A DNA stretch of 64,000 nt from Candidatus Latescibacterota bacterium (GTDB taxonomy: Bacteria > Latescibacterota > UBA2968 > UBA8231): positions 640,001-704,000 of the forward strand of contig OZ253462.1 of NCBI GenBank assembly GCA_965261395.1. Reading direction: 5' to 3'. This document shows, one piece after another, positions 1 through 9,157 of this stretch (the first letter of the stretch is position 1; each line of letters begins with the position of its first letter). Under the pieces are notes generated by a model. It did not search any database. It was not told the origin of the DNA and saw nothing but the letters and a program-made list of their open reading frames with translations. Made by a program: the position numbers and the translations under genes.

Positions 1-555
1 CGGGCCGACGGTCTCGCGGGCGGTTCTGACGATGTTTTCGTCGAGCGTTTTCGACACGCGACCAAAGGGTCCCCAGCCCATCTTGATCGCGCGGAATCCC
101 CTGCCTATCGCGGCTTGGAGCCTCGGCTTCAGTTCGTCCGGCGCGGCCATGATGAGCGAGCCATACGGCTTGATGCGCTCCCGGTAGCGCCCGCCCAACA
201 GGCGCGAAATGGGCTGGGCAGTGACCTTGCCAAAGAGGTCCCACAAGGCAATGTCGATGCCGGAAATAGCGTGGGTGACGGCACCGCCCCGGCCCTGCCA
301 GAAGGTGGCCTGATGCAGCTTCTCAGCGACCCGCGCCGGCTCGATGGACTCGCCAATCAGCATGGGGCGCAGCAGCGCGAGCGACCCAGACACTAGGCGG
401 GCAGAGGTAAAGACGGACCCCAGACCAGTCACCCCCTCGTCGGTGATGACCTCCAAGAGAGTATGTAGGTTATCGCCGGGATCGTACCCCTGCTCCCATC
501 CACCGTCGGGCGTGGCTCCCACAAGCGGTATTGTGCGAATGTCTGCTATCTTCAT
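1..555 (-). CDS. Mandelate racemase/muconate lactonizing (enolase superfamily) protein, 3' end beyond window
   Basis: Not in ORF track. ATG at 555 reads MKIADIRTIPL...EVITDEGVTGLGS...HAISGIDIALWDLFGK...LLGG...GFRAIKMGWG; ATGA overlap with the upstream VOC gene. Confidence 0.9.
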   Translation of the reverse strand, partial: MKIADIRTIPLVGATPDGGWEQGYDPGDNLHTLLEVITDEGVTGLGSVFTSARLVSGSLALLRPMLIGESIEPARVAEKLHQATFWQGRGGAVTHAISGIDIALWDLFGKVTAQPISRLLGGRYRERIKPYGSLIMAAPDELKPRLQAAIGRGFRAIKMGWGPFGRVSKTLDENIVRTARETVGP

Positions 556-968
556 CGCTGGACAAGTTCGATGAGGATCCCGTCGGGGTCCAGGGTACAG
601 ACGACGCCCGGAGTATCTGGGGCGACCATAGGCTCGGACAGAAATTCCACGCCTTTCGCCTGCAATGCGGCGCACTCCGCCTCCACGTCGGCGACGAAGA
701 AGGTGAGCCAGCGCACCCCAGCGGCAAATTGGGAAGTTCGCGGCGGCGGCGGCGCGGCGATCTCCATCAGCTTGATCAGCGTCTCTCCCGCTTGCAGGCG
801 TACCTGTCTGAAGCCTTGCGGCGCCAGCCCGATCCCCGTCGCTAGGTCTTCGGGGATGTCAATGTCGAGCACCACCTCGAATCCCAATGTATCCCGATAG
901 AACTTCAACGATTCTTCAAAATTGCTGCACACTATGCACAGGTCAACGACCGGATGTGAGAGCTTCAT
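552..968 (-). CDS. VOC/glyoxalase family protein
   Basis: FYRDTLGFEV...WLTFFVADVEA...DPDGILIELVQ; GGAGG SD upstream. Confidence 0.9.
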   Translation of the reverse strand: MKLSHPVVDLCIVCSNFEESLKFYRDTLGFEVVLDIDIPEDLATGIGLAPQGFRQVRLQAGETLIKLMEIAAPPPPRTSQFAAGVRWLTFFVADVEAECAALQAKGVEFLSEPMVAPDTPGVVCTLDPDGILIELVQR

Positions 969-1072
969 TTACCACCTCCTTGGGAATGGGAGTCAATCTA
1001 CGCAGAATCGAGATGGATGTGAACACCACCGGAGCAATCGAGCGAGGAGGAGACGTCGCGGCAACTCTCGGG

Positions 1073-1198
1073 CTAGGTGCCAAGGCCAGCGGCCGACAAC
1101 TCGCGTGCGACCGGCGTCATTTTCCCGGCGGTGCTGGGACCGCCGGGAATGACCGCTACGGAAAAAGGGGGTTTACCGCAGGTCCTTAGGTTTTCCAT
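1073..1198 (-). pseudogene. N-terminal remnant of an alpha/beta hydrolase
   Basis: MENLRTCGKPPFSVAVIPGGPSTAGKMTPVARELS resembles the G-x-P-x-V-x-V-I-H-GGP-G hydrolase N-terminus (H replaced by P); stops after 41 aa. Confidence 0.5.
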
Positions 1199-1220
1199 CT
1201 CGTTTTCTGCCTGTTGGGAA

Positions 1221-1523
1221 TTAGTCTTCCCACGCGCAGAAGCCCCCGTCCATGCTGTAGACATCCTCGAAGCCGTTTTCTTGGAAGTAGGCGGCCCCGC
1301 TCTGGCTCGTTATGCCGTGGTAGCAATAGACGATATGGGTCTGGGTCTTGTCGGCCGCGGCGAGGAAGGTGCCGACATTGCTGTCGTTGAGCTGAACAGC
1401 GCCGGGGATATGGGCCTCCTGGTATGAATCGGGGTCGCGGACGTCGATGAAGACGGCTGTGTTCTGTGCGAGTTTTTCCTTGGCGTCGGCGATCGAAATG
1501 GCCTTGATCGTGATTTCTCCCAT
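1221..1523 (-). CDS. glpE: Single-domain rhodanese/thiosulfate sulfurtransferase (GlpE-like), 100 aa
   Basis: IDVRD...HIPGA...YCYHGITSQSGA...YSMDGGF; start reassigned to ATG 1523 with GAGAGGA SD. Confidence 0.85.
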   Translation of the reverse strand: MGEITIKAISIADAKEKLAQNTAVFIDVRDPDSYQEAHIPGAVQLNDSNVGTFLAAADKTQTHIVYCYHGITSQSGAAYFQENGFEDVYSMDGGFCAWED

Positions 1524-1534
1524 AAGTCCTCTCT

Positions 1535-1949
1535 TTATAGTAAAGGCAGGTCGTCGATGCCAGCTTGTCGCTCGGTAGGTTGGAACTCGACCTGTTGGTA
1601 AAGCCTTGCCGCGTCCGAGCCTTCGTCGGCGACGAGGACCAGTTTTTGTGCATCCATATGCTCGAAGGCGTAATGCGACGCTTGATAGACGAGGCTGCGA
1701 CAGACCCCGCGGCGGCGGAATGCCGGGTAGGTCTCGACTTCCTGGAAGCGGCCGATCCGGTCTTTGACGAAAAGCCCTAAGTCGCCAGCCAACTGGCCTT
1801 CGGCAAACGCTCCGAACCACGCGCCGAAGCCCGCTTCGGTCAGCGCGCGCAATCGCGCCAGCCGGGTCTGCGAAATATCGTGGTTATGTCCGACCTCCCG
1901 CCAATCAAAGGAACAGGTCAGTCTGACACGCGAGCGATTGTACGCGCAT
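1535..1949 (-). pseudogene. GNAT acetyltransferase with internal deletion/frameshift
   Basis: SD plus ATG 1949 gives MRVQSLACQTDLFL*; the C-terminal GNAT part (VETYPAFRRRG...AARLYQQVEF) lies in another frame, 1535-1852. Confidence 0.65.
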
Positions 1950-1983
1950 GTTCTATCCCCTTAGCTACTGAGCTTGAAGTGAA

Positions 1984-2766
1984 TTAGCGCTCGATTGACC
2001 GCACGTCGTCGAACATGCCCTTGACCTTGACGTAGAGCAGGTTGAAGTCGCCGCCGAGCGAGATCCACTGTAGCCCGAGACCGAGCCAGTGGGTTACGGC
2101 CTCGCGGTCGTAGCCCATCGAGATGCCGATCGTCTTGTCGGTCAGACGGGTTTTGCGGATGACTTCCTCGGTGACTTCGATGACTTTGCGGTCGGTGACC
2201 TGGCCGGAAAGGCCCATCGAGCCGGCGAGGTCGTTGAAGCCGACGCATAGCCCGTCGAGACCCTCTACGGTGAGGATCTCGTCGAGGGCGTTGACCGCGT
2301 CGATATGCTCGATCTGCACGATGACCATGATCTGCTCGTCGGCGTCGACGAGGTATTCGGGATAGGGCTGGCCACCGAACCGGCGGCCCCGACGTGGGCC
2401 GAAGCCGCGGATGCCGACGGGCGGATATTTGCAGGCGGCGACGACTCGCTCGACATCGGCGACAGTCTGTATTTGAGGCGCGATAATGGCGGCGGGGTGG
2501 AGTTCGAGGATGGGTTTGATGATAATAGGGTCGCCGGCGGGTACGCGGATAAAGGGCGCGGTGCCGGTGCCGCGCACGGCCATTACATGGCCCAAGGCGG
2601 TGGCGATGTCGATAGGGCAGTGCTCCATGTCGATCCAAGTGAAATCGTAACCGGCGTCGCCGATGAGCTCGCTGATGGCGGGGTCGGTGAAGGTGATCGA
2701 GGTGCCGACGCAGAGCTCGCCGCGGGCGATTTTGGCTTTGAAGCGATCGACATTGTTGATGGTCAT
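1984..2766 (-). CDS. HpcH/HpaI aldolase family protein
   Basis: GYDFTWIDMEH, KYPPVGIRGFG, VQIEH, GFNDL motifs. Confidence 0.92.
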   Translation of the reverse strand: MTINNVDRFKAKIARGELCVGTSITFTDPAISELIGDAGYDFTWIDMEHCPIDIATALGHVMAVRGTGTAPFIRVPAGDPIIIKPILELHPAAIIAPQIQTVADVERVVAACKYPPVGIRGFGPRRGRRFGGQPYPEYLVDADEQIMVIVQIEHIDAVNALDEILTVEGLDGLCVGFNDLAGSMGLSGQVTDRKVIEVTEEVIRKTRLTDKTIGISMGYDREAVTHWLGLGLQWISLGGDFNLLYVKVKGMFDDVRSIER

Positions 2767-2819
2767 GGGCGGTTTCCTTTTCGATTGGAAGGGATGCCCT
2801 CGATGGCTATACTTGGGGA

Positions 2820-3042
2820 ATCATCCCGAAACAAACGCGCAAGGCGCTTGGAAGCGCCGAAATCCAAGTAGCCTTCGTTTTTGATTCGATCGCCCAAGGG
2901 CAAGAAAATATCGCCAGCGACCTGGATATCGGCGGCGCGGCGGGCTAGCCTCTTTCTGCCACGTGCAAACTGGAGCTGATGGACGTGTTGGCCTTGGCTT
3001 TCGGTCGCTCAATCGACTTGATCGACTTGCGGCATGCGTCGA
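2820..3042 (+). pseudogene. MNT (MntA-type) nucleotidyltransferase antitoxin remnant
   Basis: Reads AFVFDSIAQGQENIASDLDIGGAAG*PLS...LALAFGRSIDLIDL, a degenerate GS...SDxD motif with an in-frame TAG at 2946. Confidence 0.75.
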
Positions 3043-3307
3043 TATCGCCGCGCATCTGGTCGCTGACTCCGAAGTGCCTCCTCCCGCAACCATGGCCGCT
3101 GGCTTCGCCGCGTTGCATTCGCTCGGCACCTTGTCCGAGCAGTTGTCCGAGCGCATGCAGAAGGCTGTTGGTTTCCGCAATGTAGCGGTTCATTCCTACC
3201 GGGAAGTCGACTGGGAGACCGTCTAGATAATTATCACCACTCTCTTAGGTGATTTCTCCGCCTTTGCAGGTCGCGTCGACGACCTGTTGTCAGCCGTCGA
3301 AAACTAA
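3032..3307 (+). pseudogene. HepT/DUF86 HEPN ribonuclease toxin remnant
   Basis: ACVDIAAHLV...GFRNVAVHSY (Rx4H HEPN motif); N-terminus missing; premature TAG at 3224 with the frame continuing to TAA 3307. Confidence 0.8.
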
Positions 3308-4068
3308 TTCACGTCCACATCGAGGATATAGCGCGCCCCTGGCGAGATGCGCTTCCAAGTCTCGTAGCGCAGATACTCGCGCTGGTTGAGCTGCTGGCCG
3401 TGCTCGCGGGCGGTGAAGTAGCAGTGCATGGCGCGGCGCGGCAAATCCTTGCTCTGGTTGCGGGTGCCGCCGTGCCACGTGTGGCTGTTGAAGACGGCGA
3501 CCGTGCCGGCCGGGGCGATGAGCAGCTCTTCATCGGGGTGGGATGCTTGCGCGTCTGTTAGGACTTTGCTCGGGTGCTGGCCCTTATGCGAGCCGGGCAC
3601 CAGCCGAGTGCAGCCATTTTCCTCGCTGAAGTCGTCCAGCAGCCAGACCGAATTGCAGACGTGAAACTGGCCGTCGTAGTCTGCTCCCCAGTCGGCGTGC
3701 AGCCCCTGTAACCCCTCGCCGGGCAGGGCGTCGCGGGCATTGAGCGAGGACAGCTTGAAGGGGCGGCTAATGACGTGGTGGACGGCGGCCAGCACTTTAG
3801 GGTGAGTATAGACGAGGTCGAACATCGGCCCCTTGTTGCAGAGGTCGGAGAGGCGGCGAGTGCCCTGCTCCTGATGGACTTCAATACCGGCGTGGACCCC
3901 TTCTTTCTCGCATAGCTCCTCGAAGCGGTCGCGCAGTGCCGCGAGCCACTCGTCGTCGATAATGCCCGGAAGCACTGCGTAGCCCTTCTCGTCGAGGTCG
4001 TTTCTGTTCTGCTCGGTCAGCAGATCGTCGCGGGCGCCCAATGCATCCAATGCGCGTGTGATATCCAT
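3304..4068 (-). CDS. Phytanoyl-CoA dioxygenase (PhyH) family protein
   Basis: GYAVLPG, LHAD, PGSH, WHGG...RR. Confidence 0.92.
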   Translation of the reverse strand: MDITRALDALGARDDLLTEQNRNDLDEKGYAVLPGIIDDEWLAALRDRFEELCEKEGVHAGIEVHQEQGTRRLSDLCNKGPMFDLVYTHPKVLAAVHHVISRPFKLSSLNARDALPGEGLQGLHADWGADYDGQFHVCNSVWLLDDFSEENGCTRLVPGSHKGQHPSKVLTDAQASHPDEELLIAPAGTVAVFNSHTWHGGTRNQSKDLPRRAMHCYFTAREHGQQLNQREYLRYETWKRISPGARYILDVDVN

Positions 4069-4077
4069 GTGTGCCCT

Positions 4078-4929
4078 CTATTGGTTCGCTGCCGTTTCGA
4101 CGAGCGCCTTGAGCGGCACGTCTTCGTCCCGGGGCAAGTAGTAGCTCAAGGGATCTCCGACGACGCCAATGAGCTGTTTTTGGATCGGATTGCAGCGGGC
4201 GACGAGTTCGTCGGGCATGGCAATATAGTCCATGGGTTTGACCCAGCGATAACCATAGCCAAAGAACGCGGTCTTGCGCGGGAAGCCCGCCCAGTTGTGG
4301 CCGATGGAATGATAGGTGCGCTGCTCAAATAGGAAGGCCGAGCCGGCGCGAATATTCATCGCCTGTGCGCCGTATGGCAGACCAGTCGTGGGGTCCGTGG
4401 CCGGGCGTCCGAGCAAGCGGTTGGACCCAGGCACGATCCAAGTGGCCCCCGAAGCCGGAGCGGTCTGGTCGCTGAGGGCATAGGCGATCTTGAGCAAAAT
4501 CCGCGGGTGTGGCTCGCTCATCTCACGGGGCGAGGTGCCGCCATCGCGATGCCAGCCGAGCTTGTTTTTCTCGCCTTCAGCCGGCTCGTCGCCCGAAGGC
4601 AGGACGATCAAGTGCGAGGTCAGCATCTGGATATTCCAGCCGAGGAGCTGCCAAGCCAGCGGGACCGTGGTGGGCCAGTCGAGGAGTTGGAGGAAGGCGG
4701 GGTGCTCGACAATGCAGTTGCGCATGTTGAGCTTACCGCCCTTTTCGAGCCGGTCGGCGTCGGCGTCGCGTGCGTAGAGCTCGTCGGTGGCCGCGTTGAG
4801 TTCGGCGAGTGTGTCGGGAGGCAGGGCATCTTCGACGAGGAGATAGCCCTGCTGTTCGAAAAATGCTTGACCTTCGGGGGAGAGGACGGCTTGGGCGAGG
4901 GGCTGGGTCATGGCGTACATGTCTCCCAA
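4078..4929 (-). CDS. PhyH family dioxygenase
   Basis: QGYLLVEDAL, WHRD, PGS, YHS...RK. Confidence 0.9.
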   Translation of the reverse strand: MGDMYAMTQPLAQAVLSPEGQAFFEQQGYLLVEDALPPDTLAELNAATDELYARDADADRLEKGGKLNMRNCIVEHPAFLQLLDWPTTVPLAWQLLGWNIQMLTSHLIVLPSGDEPAEGEKNKLGWHRDGGTSPREMSEPHPRILLKIAYALSDQTAPASGATWIVPGSNRLLGRPATDPTTGLPYGAQAMNIRAGSAFLFEQRTYHSIGHNWAGFPRKTAFFGYGYRWVKPMDYIAMPDELVARCNPIQKQLIGVVGDPLSYYLPRDEDVPLKALVETAANQ

Positions 4930-4987
4930 TGTAGATACTAATTACTACGGACGGCAAGCTCTCGGTCTAGTCGTGTTATCACGTCGG

Positions 4988-5022
4988 GCAGACTTGAGAT
5001 TGTCTGCTTGGGCGGGTATAAT
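4988..5022 (+). promoter_or_regulatory. Sigma70-type promoter with an inverted repeat over the -35 box, upstream of the TA-like genes
   Basis: TTGAGA (4994-4999), 17 nt spacer, TATAAT (5017-5022); GCAGAC/GTCTGC inverted repeat at 4988-4993 and 5002-5007. Confidence 0.55.
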
Positions 5023-5044
5023 ATCCAGTATCCAGTGCACAAAG

Positions 5045-5281
5045 ATGAAGATGAAAGAGAAACCATCAGAATCTCGATTTGCTCTGTGTATCGAGAACAG
5101 CGAGTGCGAAGATTTGGAGAAGCGAAAAATCTACCAGATTCTGCCTGACGCAGAAGCGGCCCGAGAGGGGTACTTGAGGGTCGTAGATGAATCAAGAGAA
5201 GACTACTTATATCCCGCAGCTTATTTCATCCTCGTCGAACTGCCTCGTAGAGCCAAAGAAGCACTGGTGGTGACAACCTGA
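5045..5281 (+). CDS. Small conserved hypothetical protein (78 aa)
   Basis: FALCIEN...DLEKRKIYQILPD...LRVVDESREDYLYP looks like a real small-protein family; follows the promoter. Confidence 0.65.
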   Translation: MKMKEKPSESRFALCIENSECEDLEKRKIYQILPDAEAAREGYLRVVDESREDYLYPAAYFILVELPRRAKEALVVTT

Positions 5282-5311
5282 ATTAAGACAGAAAACTGAG
5301 TGAGGTCCCAC

Positions 5312-5542
5312 ATGGAAATCTCTTTAGACCTGCCTGACACGGCTGCGCTTCTTCAGCTTGACCAAACATATCTCAAGGAAGCATTGGTGGTAACACTCTA
5401 CCATGTGGGAAAACTCTCCGAGAAAGAAGCGTGCCTCACGCTCGGGATCTCTCGTCGTGCGTTCGAGGAATTGCTGCCAGGGTTCGGGTTTTCCATCTTG
5501 GCGGATACGCAGGAGACTATTGATGTAGAACTGCGTGCATGA
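5312..5542 (+). CDS. UPF0175 family putative antitoxin
   Basis: LYHVGKLSEKEACLTLGISRRAFEELL helix-turn-helix pattern; overlaps the DUF3368 remnant. Confidence 0.8.
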   Translation: MEISLDLPDTAALLQLDQTYLKEALVVTLYHVGKLSEKEACLTLGISRRAFEELLPGFGFSILADTQETIDVELRA

Positions 5543-5886
5543 GGGAACTGTGCAGCAGATTGTGAGCAATACTCATTGAGGTTCGTCCCGCATCACAAAC
5601 TCCCCTTATTCCAGGAGCAGAAAGGTTACACGATGGAGAGATACAAGCGATACAACTTGCGCTTGAATTACAGTTGCCTCTCCTCATTGAGGAAACGGTC
5701 GGACGCCGTGTTGCACAGAGTATGGGGATACATGTCTCAGGCATTGCAGGGCAGATTATCATGGCGTTTCGGCAGAATGGCATTTCAGCAACAGACGCGC
5801 ACGATAAACTCAATGAGTTATTCCGCGCAGGACGCATTAACCAGAAAATCTATGACTCGCTTCTCGACGCAATATCCACGGCCTAA
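5535..5886 (+). pseudogene. DUF3368 PIN-domain toxin with internal deletion
   Basis: N-terminal QQIVSNT, then a frame jump at about 5574 to IEVRP...LHDGEIQAIQLALE...LLIEETVGRRVAQSMG.HVSG. Confidence 0.8.
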
Positions 5887-5915
5887 CTGTGGCGTACAGG
5901 GAGAGGAGCCGTAGG

Positions 5916-7136
5916 ATGTCCATGCCCGCACTCGACGGCATCCGCGTCCTCGACTTTACCCAAGTGATTTTTGGCCCAGCCGCCACCCAGGTTCTGGCCG
6001 ACCACGGTGCCGAAGTCGTCAAGATAGAGCGCCCCGGTGGCGACCTAGCTCGCGCCTTTGGGCCGTGGATAAAGGAGCAAAGCCTGCCTTTTGCCAGCTT
6101 CAACCGCTCCAAGAAAAGCCTAATCGTCGATCTCAAGAAGTCCGCCGGGCTGCAGATCGTCCATCGCCTGCTAGAAAACGCGGACGTGCTGGTGCACAAC
6201 TTCCGCTCCGGTGCCGTCATGGCCAAACTAGGGCTGGATTACGCTGCGCTACGGGAGCCATACCCGAGGCTCATCTACGCCGTTGGCTCGGGCTATGGCT
6301 CGCAAGGCCCGTACAGCGAGCGCAACAAGGGCGGCCACGAGTCCATGGCTCAGGCGCTGAGCGGCGTGGCGGCCCGCTTCGTTGGCCCCCACGGCACGCC
6401 CCAACGCCTGCCCTATACGGTCGCCGACTTCAACGGCGGCATGTTGCTGGCGCAGGGCATTCTCCTCGCGCTTTTGGCCCGCGAGCGCACCGGTACTGGG
6501 CAATATGTGGAAACCTCGCTCCTCGACGGCATGGTCAGTATGCAGGCTTGGGCGACGACCAAAATCCTCAACTTGGGTGACGACGGAGAAGACGATGGCT
6601 CGGGAGGGGCGACTCATCCGCGCGGCAACCCGCTCGACGGAGCCGTGTTCAAAACGGCCGATGGCTTCTTGATGGTCACTGCGCTTTTCCGCCCCTTTGA
6701 CCAACTATTGCGCGATCTGCAAGAGGCCCTAGCCATCGAAGGACTCGTCGGGGACCCGCGCTTTGCCACGCTCGCCGCAGCCGTGGATCACCGCGAGGCC
6801 CTGCGGGAACGGCTGGTGCCGGTCTTTGCTGAAAAAACGAACGCCGAGTGGATTCCGCTATTGGAGGCCAAGGACATCCTCGTGGCACCGGTGCGCTCGA
6901 CAGCCGAGGCCCTAGCAGACCCTCAGCTCGCCGTCAACGAAATGCTAGTCGAAGTCCAGCATCCGCAGGTGGGTGCTATGCGCCACGTCGGTACCCCCCT
7001 GCGGCTAGCGGGGACACCAGCCCCAGCACCGACACCCGCCCCCCTAGCCGGGGAACACACCGAGGCTGTGCTGCGCGAGGCCGGGTACGCGGAAGCCGAG
7101 ATCGCCGCGTTGCGCGCACAGGACGTCATTCTCTGA
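5916..7136 (+). CDS. CaiB/BaiF (family III) CoA transferase
   Basis: LDGIRVLDFTQ...GAEVVKIERPGGD...NRSKKS...HNFR. Confidence 0.93.
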   Translation: MSMPALDGIRVLDFTQVIFGPAATQVLADHGAEVVKIERPGGDLARAFGPWIKEQSLPFASFNRSKKSLIVDLKKSAGLQIVHRLLENADVLVHNFRSGAVMAKLGLDYAALREPYPRLIYAVGSGYGSQGPYSERNKGGHESMAQALSGVAARFVGPHGTPQRLPYTVADFNGGMLLAQGILLALLARERTGTGQYVETSLLDGMVSMQAWATTKILNLGDDGEDDGSGGATHPRGNPLDGAVFKTADGFLMVTALFRPFDQLLRDLQEALAIEGLVGDPRFATLAAAVDHREALRERLVPVFAEKTNAEWIPLLEAKDILVAPVRSTAEALADPQLAVNEMLVEVQHPQVGAMRHVGTPLRLAGTPAPAPTPAPLAGEHTEAVLREAGYAEAEIAALRAQDVIL

Positions 7137-7157
7137 TTGTACAGCACAGGAGACCCC

Positions 7158-8141
7158 ATGACTGACATCGTGCGCTATGGAGTATTGAGCACCGCCCAGA
7201 TCGCCCTCAACCGCCACCTGCCGGCGGCCCAAGCCATAGGCAATGCCGAGATCGCGGCCATATCGAGCAGAGACCAAGCCAGGGCCGAAACAAGCGCAGC
7301 CCAATACGGCATTGCCAAGGCATACGGCTCGTACCAAGCTGTGCTGGACGATCCTGAAATCGACGCGATCATCAACCCCTTGCCCAATAGCATGCACTGC
7401 GAGTGGACGGTCAAGGCGGCGCAGGCCGGCAAGCACATCCTCTGCGAAAAACCGCTCGCCGTTACTGTGGCGCAAGCGCGGCAGATGATCGACGCCGCCC
7501 AAGCCAACGGGGTGCTCTTAGTCGAGGCTTTTACCCATCGCCTCAACCCGCAATTGCAGTGCGCGCGTCGGCTGGTGCAGCAAGGGGAGATCGGCGAGGT
7601 GAAATTAGCGCGGGCCGAGCTGACCTTCGGCATCCGCGATTGGGCCACCGACGTCCGGGCCCAAAAAAAATTGGGCGGGGGCGCGCTCTTGGACGCCGGA
7701 TGCTACTGCGTCAGCGCAGTGCGTTTTGTGCTCAATGCCGAGCCCGTGGCCGCGCAGGCGTTTCAGCACGTGCGCAACGGCGTGGATGCGACCTTAGCCG
7801 GGCTGTTGCGCTTTGCCGGCGACCACGTCGCCTATATCGCGACCGGCATGGAAGAGCCGTTCCGCTGCGTGTTGGAGGTCGTCGGCAGCCACGGCACAAT
7901 CCGCGTGCCCAACATGTTCGACGAACAGGCCGCGGTCCACATCGCCATCGGCAACGACGAGCGCGTGGAGACCTTCTCCGGGCCGGATCGCTTTCAGGTG
8001 CAGCTAGAGCGCTTCTCTAGTTGCATTCTCCAAGGCAAAGCTCCCGAATTTCCCCCCGCAGACGGCCTCAAGAACGTGGCCGCGCTACAAGCGCTAAAAC
8101 AGGCCGCCGAATCGGGGAGCCTAGTCGAAGTACCGTCTTGA
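7158..8141 (+). CDS. Gfo/Idh/MocA oxidoreductase
   Basis: AGKHILCEKP, GGGALLDAGCY. Confidence 0.92.
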   Translation: MTDIVRYGVLSTAQIALNRHLPAAQAIGNAEIAAISSRDQARAETSAAQYGIAKAYGSYQAVLDDPEIDAIINPLPNSMHCEWTVKAAQAGKHILCEKPLAVTVAQARQMIDAAQANGVLLVEAFTHRLNPQLQCARRLVQQGEIGEVKLARAELTFGIRDWATDVRAQKKLGGGALLDAGCYCVSAVRFVLNAEPVAAQAFQHVRNGVDATLAGLLRFAGDHVAYIATGMEEPFRCVLEVVGSHGTIRVPNMFDEQAAVHIAIGNDERVETFSGPDRFQVQLERFSSCILQGKAPEFPPADGLKNVAALQALKQAAESGSLVEVPS

Positions 8142-8275
8142 GCAATGGTCCACTGCGAATTCATCCTCTACTAACAGCGCGACCATGTCGCCACGTTTAC
8201 CCAGAAGCGGAAGCCGGTGTGGAAGGGAAAGCAGGGAAGACACCGCGCAAACTTCAACGACGAGAAAGCACTGCT

Positions 8276-9157
8276 ATGGAAAAATTTGCCCCCTTGAACA
8301 TGTCTCCAGAAGAGCTAATCGAGTACACCCCAGAGTGGCAGGGCGAGCGCTTTGCCGACGGCCGTCCCAAGGTGCCCGACGACATCCTCGCGCGCATGCA
8401 CAACGTCAACATTACCCAAGCCTGGGGTGTCTTGCGCGGCCCCGGCTACAACTGGCAGTACGAAGACGGCTGGATTTGCACGCATCCCGGCCAAGTCCTG
8501 GTGGGCCGCGCCCTGACGGCCGCGTATATGCCGCGGCGGCCCGTCATGCGGCGAGTCATGGAAGAGAAAGGGGAGCGGGCCGGCTGCGTTGGCGACCAGA
8601 TCTCGTGGCCTATTGATATGCTGGTGCCCGGGGATGTGTACGTGGCCGACGTATTCGGCAAAATCGACCAAGGTGCCGTCATTGGCGACAACCTCGCCAC
8701 CGCGATCTACGCCAATTCGGGCAATGGGGTGGTACACGACGCGGCCGTCCGCGATATCGACGGCATCCAAGAGCTACCCAATTTCACCAGTTTCGTGCGC
8801 GGCTTTCACCCCACCTTTGCCTCGCCCACCATCATGCTGGCCGGGGTCAACTGCCCAGTGCGCATTGGCGGCGCCACGGTCATGCCCGGCGACGTAGTCC
8901 TCGGCCGCGACGATGGCGTCGTTTTCATACCGCCTCATATAGCCGAACAGGTGGTCAAGACCTCCGAGCTGATCGCGCTTCGCGACCGCTTTGGCAAACA
9001 GCGCCTGACCGAGGGCAAATACACGCCCGGCCAGATCGATACCCGCTGGTCCGACCCCATTGAGGCGGACTTCTCGCGCTGGCTAGAGAGTCTCATCGAC
9101 GAGCTGCCCGTGCCGCGCGCCGCCATCCAAGAGCTGCTCAAGGAGCGGACTTGGTGA
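8276..9157 (+). CDS. RraA/HMG aldolase family protein
   Basis: PGDVYVAD...GDNLA...VRDI...PVRIGGATVMPGDVVLGRDDGVVFIP; start reassigned to ATG 8276. Confidence 0.85.
   Translation: MEKFAPLNMSPEELIEYTPEWQGERFADGRPKVPDDILARMHNVNITQAWGVLRGPGYNWQYEDGWICTHPGQVLVGRALTAAYMPRRPVMRRVMEEKGERAGCVGDQISWPIDMLVPGDVYVADVFGKIDQGAVIGDNLATAIYANSGNGVVHDAAVRDIDGIQELPNFTSFVRGFHPTFASPTIMLAGVNCPVRIGGATVMPGDVVLGRDDGVVFIPPHIAEQVVKTSELIALRDRFGKQRLTEGKYTPGQIDTRWSDPIEADFSRWLESLIDELPVPRAAIQELLKERTW

Noticed and set aside
1114-1153. Strong hairpin TTCCCGGCGGT...ACCGCCGGGAA as a possible ncRNA
   Set aside because: It lies within the hydrolase remnant frame and has no recognisable ncRNA consensus; at most an incidental terminator-like stem.
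8142-8275. Purine-rich intergenic region (AAGGGAA...GGGAAG) resembling a cobalamin riboswitch
   Set aside because: The conserved core elements are not in the right order and the downstream gene is unrelated to B12.
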